64,000 nt of DNA from Octopus bimaculoides (lineage: Eukaryota): assembly GCF_001194135.2 (NCBI RefSeq), contig NC_068985.1, forward strand, positions 6,948,181 through 7,012,180, read 5' to 3'. Of this stretch, positions 42,251-54,209 are shown piece after piece; position 1 is the first letter of the stretch; every line of letters begins with the position of its first letter. The translations under genes were made by a program, and so were the position numbers. Below the pieces are notes generated by a model. That model worked only from the letters and a program-made list of their open reading frames with translations. It had not been told where the DNA came from and did no database searches.

Positions 42251-42392
42251 TTAAGGTTCCGTCTACCAAATCAATTCTCACGGTCTTGGTCGCTATAGTA
42301 GAAGAGACGTGCTTAAAGCGCCACGCAGTGGGACTGAACCCGGAACCAGGTGATTCAGAAGCAAACTTCTTATCACATAGCAAAACCTGCGC
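42040..42392 (-). mobile_element. SINE family A
   Basis: Tail catgctggagcaccgcattttagtcga, (CA)n, head ccgtctaccaaatc..ccacgcagtgggactgaacccggaacc. Confidence 0.85.
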
Positions 42393-44334
42393 TTATATGA
42401 ATAGGAAATTTTTCTTCAAATCCTATTTTTGATGCAAGATTAGGAATATTCACACAATCCAACATTCCATAAATAGAATAATTCTGTTATTTCCTTCACC
42501 GTTGCAACAATTTCAATTAGGCGTAGTTCCCCTTTGTGTTATTTTGTAAAGAGAATGTCGACATAAACCTGAATGCGTAATTTACCATTCTATATAATTG
42601 GTTCTTTCTTTTTCAAAGTGTGCAAACAATATATACTCTGAATCTTCTAGCAATATTCCATATTGGTGAGATAACAGCAATTAAAATGCAAGAATAAACT
42701 AAAATATATTAACCACTTAAATATAAACAAACATCAGTATATAATTTGAAATGTATATGTTGCACGCTTTAATTGTTTTCCTGTTGAATTTATCTTATTC
42801 GCTCGACATTTAAAATTAATAACCTCGCGTGGAAAACTCATCATCTAATCGTTTTAGTGAATATTTTCTGTCTTTGTTTTCTATATTTATATAGCAATGC
42901 AATTATAAATACATGATATTTATTATATATACTTCTGGTAATACACTTATTTCTTTATTTATTATATCGAATAGATTTTACGCTAAATGGTTTATGAAAG
43001 TATTACTGGAAGATAAAATCTTTAGAAACAGATAATTTATTCATTATCACGAAATATTTAGAAAGTAGAACAATTCTAAGAACAAAGAATGAAGTATATT
43101 TGTGACGACTGGTAATATATAGTCCGGCATAAGACAGAAATCATATACGTGTATATGCAGAGAGTAGCATAAAAATAAGGCATGTGACACTGCAGTAGCC
43201 ATGCAGAGATTAGAAAGCAAAAACTTTAATGTTATCTTTGAATATCCGAGCAGACTCACGGCAATGAATTTGTAAGAACACATGTCAATATCAATGCATC
43301 ACTGCCAAGAAATAAACACTTTCATAAAATAAAGAAATTTAAACGTGTTGATAGATCCAGTCACGTTGACAAACGAAGAGACTTCACAACAGATTTATTA
43401 TTTATAATGCTATATATAACCCTAGAAAAACGAATGAACGTTTTGGTGCTTTATTCATATGCTACAGTCTATAGAATGTAGTAATACTCACTATTTCTGA
43501 TGGAGATATTATCCGTAACGATGCCACTCTATCTCACTCCTACTCGACCTTTTTGTGTTGATGGCGTTGATGGGAAATGACCGCCGTTTTCATTGATAAA
43601 AATCTTCTCCATCCTTTCATAGCATTGGGAATATAATATGGATACTGATAATATCAGCAAAGATTACATCCGTCTCTGTCACGAGAACCTCATTGCGTAG
43701 TTCGTTATTTCTTGACCCTTTTCGCAATGTCATATTTTCTGAAGCAAGTTGCCGCTGAATTTATATTTCTTTATCCATAACTACTTTCCAAACTTCAATT
43801 CATCATGTAGAAAGAAAACACATAATGCTATCCATGTTTCGTACAAAGCAATTTCCAATTATATTACAAACCTATTTTTTAGTTGTTCCTGGCCGTCTTC
43901 AGCATCAATTCTAAAAACTGAAATTATGATGTCAATGATGGAACATTTCATTTTATTCTTAACTTCATGCAACAGGGTAGGATTCTTGCGTGACCTCAGC
44001 ACTTCTTACAAGAACAGAGGTCTCTCAAATACTTTTCAACAGGAAAATTTCAGAAGCAGATTTACATAATCAGTACACTTATCAAGGAAAGAATTGTGCT
44101 GCTAATAATTTCTAGAAACAGTAAATCAGTGTTAAAGATCTCGTTTCTTTATTTCATCTTTGATCAAATAAACTAAATAAATGACTAAAATTACATCGCT
44201 TACACAATGTTTTCTCTCAAGATTCAGGGCATAATATATTAATCAAGATTTTGGCACATTTAACTAAGTCAATAACAAATTCAATTACACACAAAGTAAC
44301 TAAATTGTACAACTCTTCGGATCATAATCTAAGG

Positions 44335-44626
44335 GTTGTCGGTTAGATAATCGGCATTGTGTTGTGTCCTTGAGCGAGACACTTTATTTCACGTTGCTCC
44401 AGTCGAATCAGCTGGAATAAATAAGTAGTATCTCTATTTGTTTCAGAGAGCCGAGCGTGTCACATACTCTGTTAAACTGAAATTCCCTGAGAACTACGTT
44501 ATGTTTCTGCGTGTCTGTGAAGAGCTTAGCCATTTGTACTTTAATTTCATGAGGTGGTTGTTCTGTGGATCGCATCAACTGCAATCCTCGTACAACTGGA
44601 TAAGGACTGACATTCCGACGGAGTGT
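44335..44626 (+). mobile_element. SINE with family C body and family B tail
   Basis: tgtgttgtgtccttgagcgagacactttatttcacgttgctccagtc (as at 9.2 kb) followed by ccctgagaactacgtt..aatttcatgag..ccgacggagtg (as in B). Confidence 0.75.
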
Positions 44627-45832
44627 CAGATCATATCCCCTTGTACTACCCACATATTTTAGGTGGTGTATAGCCTACCCATCTAGACCACAACTGTTCA
44701 TTCATGATTTGTACTCGAACTCCATTGTGACATATTCTATGTTCATACATACGCTGACCACCTGGGTGCCTTTAATACTCGTATTTATCTTTCAGTAAGC
44801 ATTACTGCCTGTTGTATCTCATACTCTGCAGTGACATTTTGCCTAGATTTTCCTTAATACTTTGCCCAAACATCTCATCTCATAACACTACACTTAGGAT
44901 CACAACAGCACCTGCTTCCAATAGCGTCCTACTTGTCTATATTTATGCTGACCTTCTCCAATGTCATTATAACCTGTCAGATAAGACTCCATCATTCATG
45001 TCACTATTTGCCTGCTTCTGTCTCACTTCGTATTTTGAAACCCAGGTCCAGTAAGTAAATGATCCTCCCTATAACATCTGAATCCCTGTTCTGTGAGTAT
45101 TACCACCAACGTATGTTAGGTTTTGCCAGGCTTAGGTTCATGAATGCTTGGTATGAGTGTGGTTATGAGGTAATGTGAGATAAGCATGCTATTTAAATAT
45201 AGAACACTAAACAAATATATTTCGTACATCTTGATTAACGGATGCTCGCTTCGTGTCGCATGAGAATCGTGATTTAAAAGATAGAATTATATCATTTGAT
45301 ACAGATCACATCTAAAATGTGATATTTCTAAACGATCGTCGGCCATTTGATAAAAATAAATTAATCTCTAGCATGTATCAAATATTGATAAACTAGAAAC
45401 TAAATCGTACACGATAGATTATCTGAAATATCTGTTTCATATATATTAAAGTCACATCAGATATACGGTTACAATAGCCATAGAACAATTTAGACAACAA
45501 GGGACATAACGCACACATAACACCTTTTATTTCAGAAAAAAAAGCTGTGCGCACGTTCAGTTAAATAGGTGTTACACTATACTTACATATTGCAGTAGAC
45601 TTCAGATTCATTATCGTTGGAATGATATGTTGGATAGTGAACAGGACCCAAGCATCTAATGACATGTTCGCATCCTTCATCACCAGGCGTTTATTTAAAT
45701 ATTTTCTTCATTATTCAGTCACGTTATTCGGAGTTACGAATATATACTTAATTAATTATTTTTCTTTGAACTATTTTCCCTCCGTTTTGTGTACAAATCA
45801 AGATAATATGACTACGATTTAGCTTAAGGACC

Positions 45833-45834
<2 letters not shown>

Positions 45835-45898
<64 letters not shown>

Positions 45899-45907
45899 CA
45901 GCAGCAG
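45835..45907. repeat. (TAG)n followed by short (CAG)n
   Basis: Direct reading. Confidence 0.95.
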
Positions 45908-46395
45908 TTTAAGATTTGGCACACACTTTAATACCTGCAGAGACCTTTTTGGCATGTGTGCTGGCTTAGTTCCATCAACAGGAAATTAAGCTATATATCC
46001 CTTCATTTCACTCAGTCTCAGAGTGTATATATCTTCTTATTTTTCTCTGAGTCTCAGAATGTGTATATATTTGCGTTAACCAAGTAAATATTATAAAATA
46101 CGAAATGACTTTTGTTTTACTGCTTTTCTTTTGTGTTTCTTTTTTGTTTTGGTAAGCATGAAATTGAAGAATTGTTTTGTTATTTGGAATATAGGATATT
46201 TATATTATAATATTCGGAGCGAAATCTAGATTTACAAACTTTCGAACAAGTGTACAGGAATTGCAGACACGTACACATAATTATATATATGCGTTCATAT
46301 ATACGTATACATACACGTTTATCAATTCGAATTCCCCTCACCCAACACATACAAACGCGCATTCATATCTATATCTCTCTCACTCTCTCTTTATG

Positions 46396-46434
<39 letters not shown>

Positions 46435-47297
46435 NNNNNNNNNNNNNNNNNNNNNNNNNNNNNNNNNNNNNNNNNNNNNNNNNNNNNNNNNNNNNNNNNN
46501 NNNNNNNNNNNNNNNNNNNNNNNNNNNNNNNNNNNNNNNNNNNNNNNNNNNNNNNNNNNNNNNNNNNNNNNNNNNNNNNNNNNNNNNNNNNNNNNNNNNN
46601 NNNNNNNNNNNNNNNNNNNNNNNNNNNNNNNNNNNNNNNNNNNNNNNNNNNNNNNNNNNNNNNNNNNNNNNNNNNNNNNNNNNNNNNNNNNNNNNNNNNN
46701 NNNNNNNNNNNNNNNNNNNNNNNNNNNNNNNNNNNNNNNNNNNNNNNNNNNNNNNNNNNNNNNNNNNNNNNNNNNNNNNNNNNNNNNNNNNNNNNNNNNN
46801 NNNNNNNNNNNNNNNNNNNNNNNNNNNNNNNNNNNNNNNNNNNNNNNNNNNNNNNNNNNNNNNNNNNNNNNNNNNNNNNNNNNNNNNNNNNNNNNNNNNN
46901 NNNNNNNNNNNNNNNNNNNNNNNNNNNNNNNNNNNNNNNNNNNNNNNNNNNNNNNNNNNNNNNNNNNNNNNNNNNNNNNNNNNNNNNNNNNNNNNNNNNN
47001 NNNNNNNNNNNNNNNNNNNNNNNNNNNNNNNNNNNNNNNNNNNNNNNNNNNNNNNNNNNNNNNNNNNNNNNNNNNNNNNNNNNNNNNNNNNNNNNNNNNN
47101 NNNNNNNNNNNNNNNNNNNNNNNNNNNNNNNNNNNNNNNNNNNNNNNNNNNNNNNNNNNNNNNNNNNNNNNNNNNNNNNNNNNNNNNNNNNNNNNNNNNN
47201 NNNNNNNNNNNNNNNNNNNNNNNNNNNNNNNNNNNNNNNNNNNNNNNNNNNNNNNNNNNNNNNNNNNNNNNNNNNNNNNNNNNNNNNNNNNNNNNNN
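46435..47297. other. Largest assembly gap
   Basis: N run. Other gaps: 6049-6058, 6562-6667, 9324-9743, 12169-12389, 17922-18528, 22186-22195, 29754-29853, 33429-33438, 36135-36453, 51975-51984, 59044-59244. Each abuts a microsatellite. Confidence 0.98.
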
Positions 47298-47949
47298 ATA
47301 TATATATATATATATACAGCTGATCGATTTCCAACTGATCGAATTCGTTTTCCTTTTTTTTTTTTTACTTGTTTACATGTGTCTAATATAACCGTATCAA
47401 GTTTACTGCAATTTTGTGTAAACGAAAAGTGAATATTTGAAAGATACTTGTGACAGATGTACACGGATTCAAACTTTACACTGTTTAACTTCATGCTTTG
47501 AGTACACGCAAATATCTATAAATAGGTAGGAGGAGTTTTTTTATATCATTGTAGCTTCAGGTTTTGGCTACATGCAGATATCTATATATAGGCAACCGAA
47601 GTTTTCAGATCATCAAACTTTGCATGTCAATAATATCATTGATTTATCTAGAATATTTCTTAAACTTCACAATTGTATTCGACTCTTCCAAGTATACATG
47701 CCTACATAAATGCATATATAAATGCATACATACATCCATGCATAAATATTTACAAATATACATACATATTCATACAGAAGACTCCATTTGATTTTCAATA
47801 TAACGGACAATTTCTTCAACGATATTATAAAACAAGAAATCTCGCTAAACCAGGGAAAATAGTAAAGCTTTTCTAATATTTAGATCGTAAAAGTAAAGTG
47901 GGATCCATATGGTCCTTGAAAATCATATAAGATTTTTCAGTTAAAATGT

Positions 47950-48323
47950 ATTCTTTTATTCTTTTCCTTGTTTCAGTATTTGACTGCGGCCATGCTGGAG
48001 TACCGGATTTAGTAGAACAAATCGACCACAAGACTTATTCTTTGTGAGCCTAGTACTTATTCTATCGGTGTCTTTTGGCGAACCACTGAGTTACCTGGGA
48101 CGTAAACACACTAATATCGGTTGTCAAGTGATGGTGGGGGACAAACAGTCACAAATACACACATACACTATGCTATATATATATATATATATATATAATC
48201 ATAAATATATAGGGATTGACAGTAACCTGCTTCTCCAACATACTGAGAATTCAGAAATAGCAGTCAAAGAACTACTGATTTCAAAACTACAAATTATTAC
48301 TCTAGATTGATAGCGATATTTAG

Positions 48324-48377
<54 letters not shown>

Positions 48378-48540
48378 GACGGGCTTCGTTCAGTTTCTGT
48401 CTACCAAATCCACTCACAAGGCTTTGGTAGGCCCGAGGCTATAGTAGAAGGCACTTGCCCAAGTTGCCGTGCAGTGGGACTGAACCCGGAACCATAGGGT
48501 TGAGAAGCAAGCTACTTACCACGCAGCCACTCCTCCTCCT
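47950..48540 (-). mobile_element. SINE family A, full length, with a foreign insert in its internal (TA)n
   Basis: Tail 47950-48150, head 48375-48540, non-repetitive insert at about 48194-48326 between (TA)n tracts. Confidence 0.85.
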
Positions 48541-48641
48541 ATAATGCACAATATATTTTAATAATTCCTAATAATATTTAGTTACAAAATCTCAAGAAGC
48601 GAGTAGAACACATCAAAGTGGCATCTGTATGTTACTACTAA

Positions 48642-48789
48642 TTTAACCGCAGGCAGATTCTCCGCCTGCTGGTTTCGGTGCAAGCTCTTCACCCTTTATA
48701 TACAACACATCGCCAGCAGGGGGAGCGAACGCCTACTACCTCGCAGCAGCTAACAGGCTCGTGGGAGTCACCCAGTTTGAAGCTATTTA
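48642..48789. mobile_element. 148-bp GC-rich insertion flanked by an 11-bp direct repeat
   Basis: GTTACTACTAA at 48631-48641 and 48790-48800 brackets a GC-rich block in AT-rich DNA. Confidence 0.6.
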
Positions 48790-50189
48790 GTTACTACTAA
48801 ACTTTCTCCCTAAACCATCTCACTTCCATATTTTTGTTCCCATGTTTTGTTAAGTATACAAGAACCGTGAAAAATGAAATAAAGATCATATCCTATAATT
48901 GGAAAATATTCCACTGTTATCATGACTTGCTTCGTGATATTTCAAAATTTCGTTTAACTATCCAACAATTTTACTTAGAATAAAGTAAGTACATTTCATA
49001 TGTGGACGTGATGCAACTGATAATAATTGTTCAATATCGTTCATTTTCAACTTAAACATAGAAAACCTTTTTTATCTAAAAATATTTTGAAAACATAATC
49101 AAGCAACAAAACTAAAGACACACTCAGAACACGCGACTAAATGGACATTTGAAAATAAAATTATATTTGTGAAATCAATTAAAATAGATTTGAAGTTGTA
49201 GTTGTCTGGCAATGCCGTGTGTAACACCTGCTACAAGAAAACAAGAAACAGAAAATATCCAAATTTATAAGACGTTGGAAAAGTTTACGTTATATCAGTT
49301 GGTGCTATGAAATATCTGAAATTTCACGACTACATACCAATGTTAATAAAATCATATAACCATTTTGATGTGTATTATATTTTAATTTTGTTGCATATAA
49401 CATAAATAATATAACGCCTTTTCCACTGTGAAATATCATTAATTTTAAATTGTGTCTGTCTAATTTGATTGAAGATCTTATAATAAATGTAGCGATAAAT
49501 TCTGAAATGTATTAGAAATTAATTTTTTTATGAATGAAACTAGACAAACAATTGATAAATCATATAAGTTTGTCACTCTTGTTAATATTACCCTTCTTTT
49601 TTCGGTTTTATCATGGTAACTATTACTACCAATCTTCCTAAATTTTCTGTCATTATTTAAAGAATAATTTTCTTATTTATCTACAATTTTGCTACTGATT
49701 TGAATGACTTCTGCAAAACTTTCGGTTATATTTCGCTGCATCAAACTTAATTATAATTCATAAGCTATAATTCCTCTACATCGTCAGATAAGTATTAATC
49801 ATTTTCCAATAGTAATTGATTGTATGAAAAGAAATTTTAGAAATATGTAATACAACAGACGACGTTAGAATATGAATACACTCTGATTTGGCCACATTAA
49901 TTAAAATTCTTTCGGAACTTTACGATTTGGGATGGACGACTTATAAGAGAACCTGATTATTTAAGAAATACGAAATACTTTAGAAAAGAATGAAAACTAA
50001 CGGATGCCATAAATCAGTTGCAGATAAGTTAAAGTTGATATATGAATAGTGTTCGAAGGAGGATGTCAGAATTCTGGGTAAATCTTTATTAGCGTCGACA
50101 CTCTCTGAAACTGTCCAACAGCCACAATGTCGGCGGCAGCAGCAGCAGCAGCAGCAGCAACACCTGCGGGTGACACACCGACAGTACAC

Positions 50190-50345
50190 ACCCACAAAGA
50201 TACATTAGTTTTTCAGGAAACTCTTTGAAGCAACGTCTCTCCAACCACAGGTCTACCTTCAGAGTTCGGAAAAGGAGACACGTAACATCACTTGCCAGTC
50301 ACGTCTGGCAACTAAGAGACGATTGGATTCCATACTCATATATAA
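50190..50345 (+). mobile_element. Penelope-like element GIY-YIG endonuclease fragment
   Basis: From 50201: YISFSGNSLKQRLSNHRSTFRVRKRRHVTSLASHVWQLRDDWIPY, matching the PLE pattern YIG..G..FK.R..NH.S.F......T.L..HVW.LKD; upstream stop at 50171-50173. Confidence 0.65.
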
Positions 50346-50498
50346 CAGATATATTAAAATGACAAACTGGTTTGGAAAACTATGTTTTTCAATGACAAAC
50401 AGAAAAAGAAAATAGGTCGAAGAGATTGACAGGACAAAGAAACATTCAGTAAAACTTGCTTAAAAGATAGAGAAGCGTCTTTTCGTCCTTTCTTCAGT

Positions 50499-50540
<42 letters not shown>

Positions 50541-50578
50541 TATATATGTATGTACATTTACACACACACACACACACG

Positions 50579-50627
<49 letters not shown>

Positions 50628-51249
50628 GCTTTAAGTACGTTAACGGGAAATGGTTTTGAGTACCCACATAAAAAGTTTCTATGTTATGTCGGTTACGGTC
50701 TAGTGATTCCAACTTGCAACATAATTATAATAGGATCGTGCCGATATAACGTATGATAGATATAGTAACCGTAATAATAATAATAATCCATGGATGGAAA
50801 CTATAAATATATTAGTGTATTGCTACTCGCGTTTCAACAAATCACGTGTTTTCTGTGATCATAGTTCGCATACCAGAGATAATTGCAATATAATTTGTAA
50901 TATCCATGAACATTGCCTCATTGTCCTGCAATATTTGAATTCATTAAGGAAGCACCTGCTAAGCCTAAGGTCAAAGCCTCACCTATGCACATCATCCTAA
51001 CATGTGCACACATAAATACGGAATGTAGTCAAGCCTTATAACATACTCTTCCCTCTCCTCTATTATTATTATATATTTTTCTCTAATTCTGTCTTCTCTT
51101 TCCTCTGAACAGAGAACAAGCACCCCAACTAGTTAGTACTAACAATTCCATCTCACTCCTTTTATTGTCTATGTATATTTGCACTCACGGTTAACCCAAA
51201 TACACATAGTACCGCCCACATACCTCAATGTCCAGAGTTGTTCAGGTGT

Positions 51250-51352
51250 TAAGTTCGTTGTTTTAATAGTCCTTTTCTGAGGTTTTCCTTCGCCGACCAT
51301 ATTTCTTTCCAAAATTGTTCCACTTCTCCTGCTGTTGGTGCTGTATTGATAA
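51250..51352 (-). mobile_element. Short RLE-type (R4/Dong-like) LINE fragment, region upstream of RT
   Basis: Minus: INTAPTAGEVEQFWKEIWSAKEN resembles the P..EE...FW..IW motif preceding RT in this clade; abuts (TAA)n. Confidence 0.45.
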
Positions 51353-51376
51353 CTATTATTATTATTATTATTATTG

Positions 51377-51930
51377 AGTGAGAGAGCAGAGCATGCCATC
51401 AAAGTGACACTGGGGTAAAATATACGAAGCCCATTATACCCATCATGACTACTCGTCTGGTAGGGGTACACCAGGCACATGCATCACAACCATATGTGCG
51501 CGACATGGTGATTTCATATCAAGATAAACAGCACATGACCTCGCAGGTGGGGCCCAGTTAAAATTTTCTTCAGGTCGAGTAGCCCATCCCGCTCAAAAGG
51601 TCCCTGAATAAGGTTTCTTTAAGGATGTTGAGCAAAACACCCATGCTTCCAAAGGTGAATTATTCAAACCCCAAAGAATTCCTCTCAACACATGGCTACG
51701 ATGCTCCCCCACTACTTCTGCTCCTGATCAGAGATGCACGTATCGTCAGCCACCAAGGGACATGCTCAACTGGTTAAGGTCAAGCAACTGACAAGCAAAT
51801 CTGTGGTATTGAGCAGAATATTTACTGTAGCCCATCTTTTATATCAAGACAAAACAATGTACATAACACTTCCAATCAATTAAGATCAGAAACCATGAGA
51901 GCCACTGCCTGTTACTGCATCACGGCATTT
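51377..51930 (-). mobile_element. Interspersed repeat family E, about 550 bp, flanked on both sides by (ATT)n
   Basis: Homologous to 2453-2866 in the opposite orientation; no ORF; (ATT)n at 51354-51376 and from about 51930. Confidence 0.85.
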
Positions 51931-51984
51931 ATTATTATTATTTTTTTTTTTTTGTTATTATTATCATTATTATTNNNNNNNNNN

Positions 51985-52039
<55 letters not shown>

Positions 52040-52149
52040 AGGCTGTGAGGAGCCAGAATCATCTATCCGATTTAAAGGAGGGACTTCAGTGGATCACTAA
52101 CAATATTTAATTGAGTATTGTGTAGTGAGAAGCTTTTTCTGAAATTACA

Positions 52150-52420
52150 TGTTTTGAGGTTGAGCCTCACTGCGTGGCCCTTGGCAACATTCTTCTTCTC
52201 TAGCCTCTGGTTAACCATAGCATTCTTAGTGGATTACGTAGAGGGAAAGTGAAAGAGAAGCCTTGTCATGTATGTCTCTGTTTTTGTCCCCAGCACAGCT
52301 TGGCAGCCAGTGTTGGTTTGTATTTTTGTCAACGCCACGTAACGGTTCGGCAAACGTCTTACTGTAAGTCCTAGACATAAAAATAAACTCAAGGATCACG
52401 TTATTTGACAAGAAGCAAAC
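52150..52420 (+). mobile_element. Highly degraded SINE family A
   Basis: cactgcgtggcccttggcaac..tagcctc..gtggattacgtagagggaaagtgaaag..aacggttcggcaaa. Confidence 0.6.
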
Positions 52421-52481
52421 TAGGACGTGGCCCAACATGGCCACAATACATTGTAGCCATAATTGTCGATAACCATTTTTC

Positions 52482-52576
52482 GACGGAATTTGAACCCAAG
52501 ACGAAATACCGAAATACCGAAATACCGCTAAGCGTTTAGCCTTGCGTGCTAACGTTTCTTCTAGCTCGCTGCCTTA
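52482..52576 (-). mobile_element. SINE family F head
   Basis: cggaatttgaaccc..(gaaatacc)x3 gctaagc..gtgctaacgtttct..gctcgctgcctta. Confidence 0.65.
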
Positions 52577-53203
52577 CTTCTCGAGTATTCTAAGAAAAGG
52601 TAAATAATACTCTGTTCTAAATTAGTCACCATTCTTTGATGCATTGCCTATCAGGGCACAACATGTAGAAATATGTGCGTCTGATTTCATGTTCGCACAA
52701 GTGTCTTGCTATCTCGGCATGTAACTTATGGCGCGTGTGTGCTCACGTGCGTGAACGCGTGCGTGTGCCCGTTAATACGGCTTTGATCAACTTTCAGTTT
52801 TATGTCAGTTATTTTTATCTTCATATTTTTCAATGAGAATGAACTCATATGAATATATGGAACAAAAAACATATTTAGCAAGAGTTATAACTCTCAGACA
52901 GTATTTCAAACTAAAACACAGTTATTTCAATAAACTTTCATCAAATTATATGTGTGTGTGTGTGTGTTTGTGTGTGTATGTGTGTGTATGCGCGCGTCCA
53001 CTTACATTAGTATTTCTTTCTGAGAGTGCGTGTGTATTTGTGTGTGTATGCATGTGTGTGTGTGTGTTTGTGTGTGTATGTGTGTGTGTATGTGTGTGTG
53101 TGTGTATGTGTGTGCGTCCACTTACATCGGTGTTTGTCTCTGAGAGTGCGTGTTGTGTATGTTTGTGTTTGTATGTGTGTTTGTGTGTGTGTGTGTTTGT
53201 GTT

Positions 53204-53243
<40 letters not shown>

Positions 53244-53507
53244 TGTTTGTGTGATTGCCACTCTGTCTCAGTATTAATATTGATTTTCTTATACATCATC
53301 CAATTTTAATGAGGTATATAAGGTATATTTAAAAATATACTTAGTCGTACATTTCGTTTTGTGCACTGCAATCATATATATGTGTGTGAGTGTTTGTGTG
53401 TGTGTGTGTATGTGTGTGTGTGTATGTGTGTGTATGTTTTCGACTCTGTGTGCGTTTGTGTGTGTCTCTGTGTGCATTTGTGTGTGTATGTATGTATATA
53501 GATATAT

Positions 53508-53660
53508 ATAGTTGGAATTTACAAAAAAACACTAAACAAAACACGAAGACGGGTGTGTGAACAACAAACAGATGTATTAGTTTAACGATCGGGAAGTGAG
53601 AAAGTCTTTTACGTTTCGAGCCTACGCTCTTCAACAGAAAGGAACACGAGGAAATAAATA
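53508..53660 (-). mobile_element. Penelope-type terminal repeat fragment with minimal HHR
   Basis: Minus: ccttt CTGTTGA a gagc gtag gctc GAAAC GTA aaaga; homologous to 16735-16865. Confidence 0.65.
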
Positions 53661-53755
53661 TATACACACAAAAACACACACGCACACGCACACACACGCA
53701 CACACACACATACATACACGCACACACACACACACACACACACATAAATATACAT

Positions 53756-54102
53756 ATATTGTTGTATTTCGAAATGGTCATTTTTTTGCCCAGTAAACAC
53801 AGGTACTATATATTCGTTCTTCACTCTGTTTTTTACTGATATTATTTGAACTCGTGTCCATTGTCTAGAAGTCTTACCTCACATATCATTCCCCTCTTCA
53901 GCGACACTTTCCGTATCTAACAGACGAAGCAGAGTAGGAGCCTACTCGAGGACGGAATGTATCGTTGAAGAGGTCACAGACGTGTGACGAAAGATTTCCA
54001 GACAATGGACATGACTTAAAATAAGAACAGTAGTAACCGAGTGCGTTTGTTTATTTGGCAAACAAACAAAGAAATGACCATCCCGAAATACGACAATATC
54101 TA
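53756..54102. repeat. Divergent inverted pair of about 150-bp HHR-led repeats
   Basis: The reverse complement of 53756-53915 aligns with 53955-54102 (tgaagagg..agacaatggaca..aaataa..cagta..aatgaccat..cgaaatac.acaatat). Confidence 0.7.
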
Positions 54103-54153
54103 ATTCAACACACGGTTTCTCGTCAGGAATCTTGTAACACAAAATCATAAACT

Positions 54154-54206
<53 letters not shown>

Positions 54207-54209
<3 letters not shown>

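Noticed and set aside
48653-48790. Confident call of a terminal coding exon
   Set aside because: The flanking 11-bp direct repeat favours an insertion, and I could not recognise the protein; kept only as an alternative in findings.
51530-51610. HDV-like ribozyme in element E
   Set aside because: I could not build P1/P3/P1.1/P4 pairings by eye on either strand.
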